Below, piece after piece: positions 63,987 to 64,000 of a stretch of 64,000 bases of DNA. The stretch is from the NCBI RefSeq assembly GCF_006345805.1, contig NC_043001.1:82026001-82090000 (forward strand). Reading direction: 5' to 3'. Origin of the DNA: Octopus sinensis. Lineage: Eukaryota. The stretch's first letter is position 1. Every line of letters begins with the position of its first letter. The notes below the pieces were generated by a model, which was not told the origin of the DNA, ran no database searches, and saw only the letters and a list, made by a program, of their open reading frames with translations. The position numbers and the translations under genes are program-made.

Positions 63987-64000
63987 TAAATATTAGGGAA

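Overview
AT-rich, repeat-saturated eukaryotic DNA, intronic or intergenic. The microsatellite load and the tRNA-derived SINE repertoire suggest an octopus or other cephalopod; this is inferred, not checked against a database. No complete host gene is visible, only one or two candidate + strand exons. The main structure is a tandem pair of minus-strand retroelements at 6290-13227. Both sit at the same 12-bp site (AAGTAGCTTGCT) just downstream of the A-box of an abundant SINE (here SINE-A). One is a full-length, slightly decayed Tx1/L1-group LINE (ORF1 with a CCHC knuckle; APE-RT ORF2). The other is a 1.5-kb ORF1-only element with a homologous 3' tail. A second SINE family (SINE-B) carries the same 3' tail and the same GAAATA terminus with no poly(A). 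Together these suggest a layered system: a LINE that targets one SINE and mobilises another SINE plus a half-LINE. The window also holds several hammerhead-ribozyme motifs tied to Penelope-like termini, including a tRNA-headed hammerhead element with a TSD and a 5' inversion. Other content: a Tc1 pseudogene with a hAT MITE in its catalytic motif; mariner, CR1, RTE and RLE-type (R4/Dong-like) LINE remnants; Helentron-like non-autonomous elements; foldback elements; and large microsatellite tracts that account for most ORFs in the supplied track.
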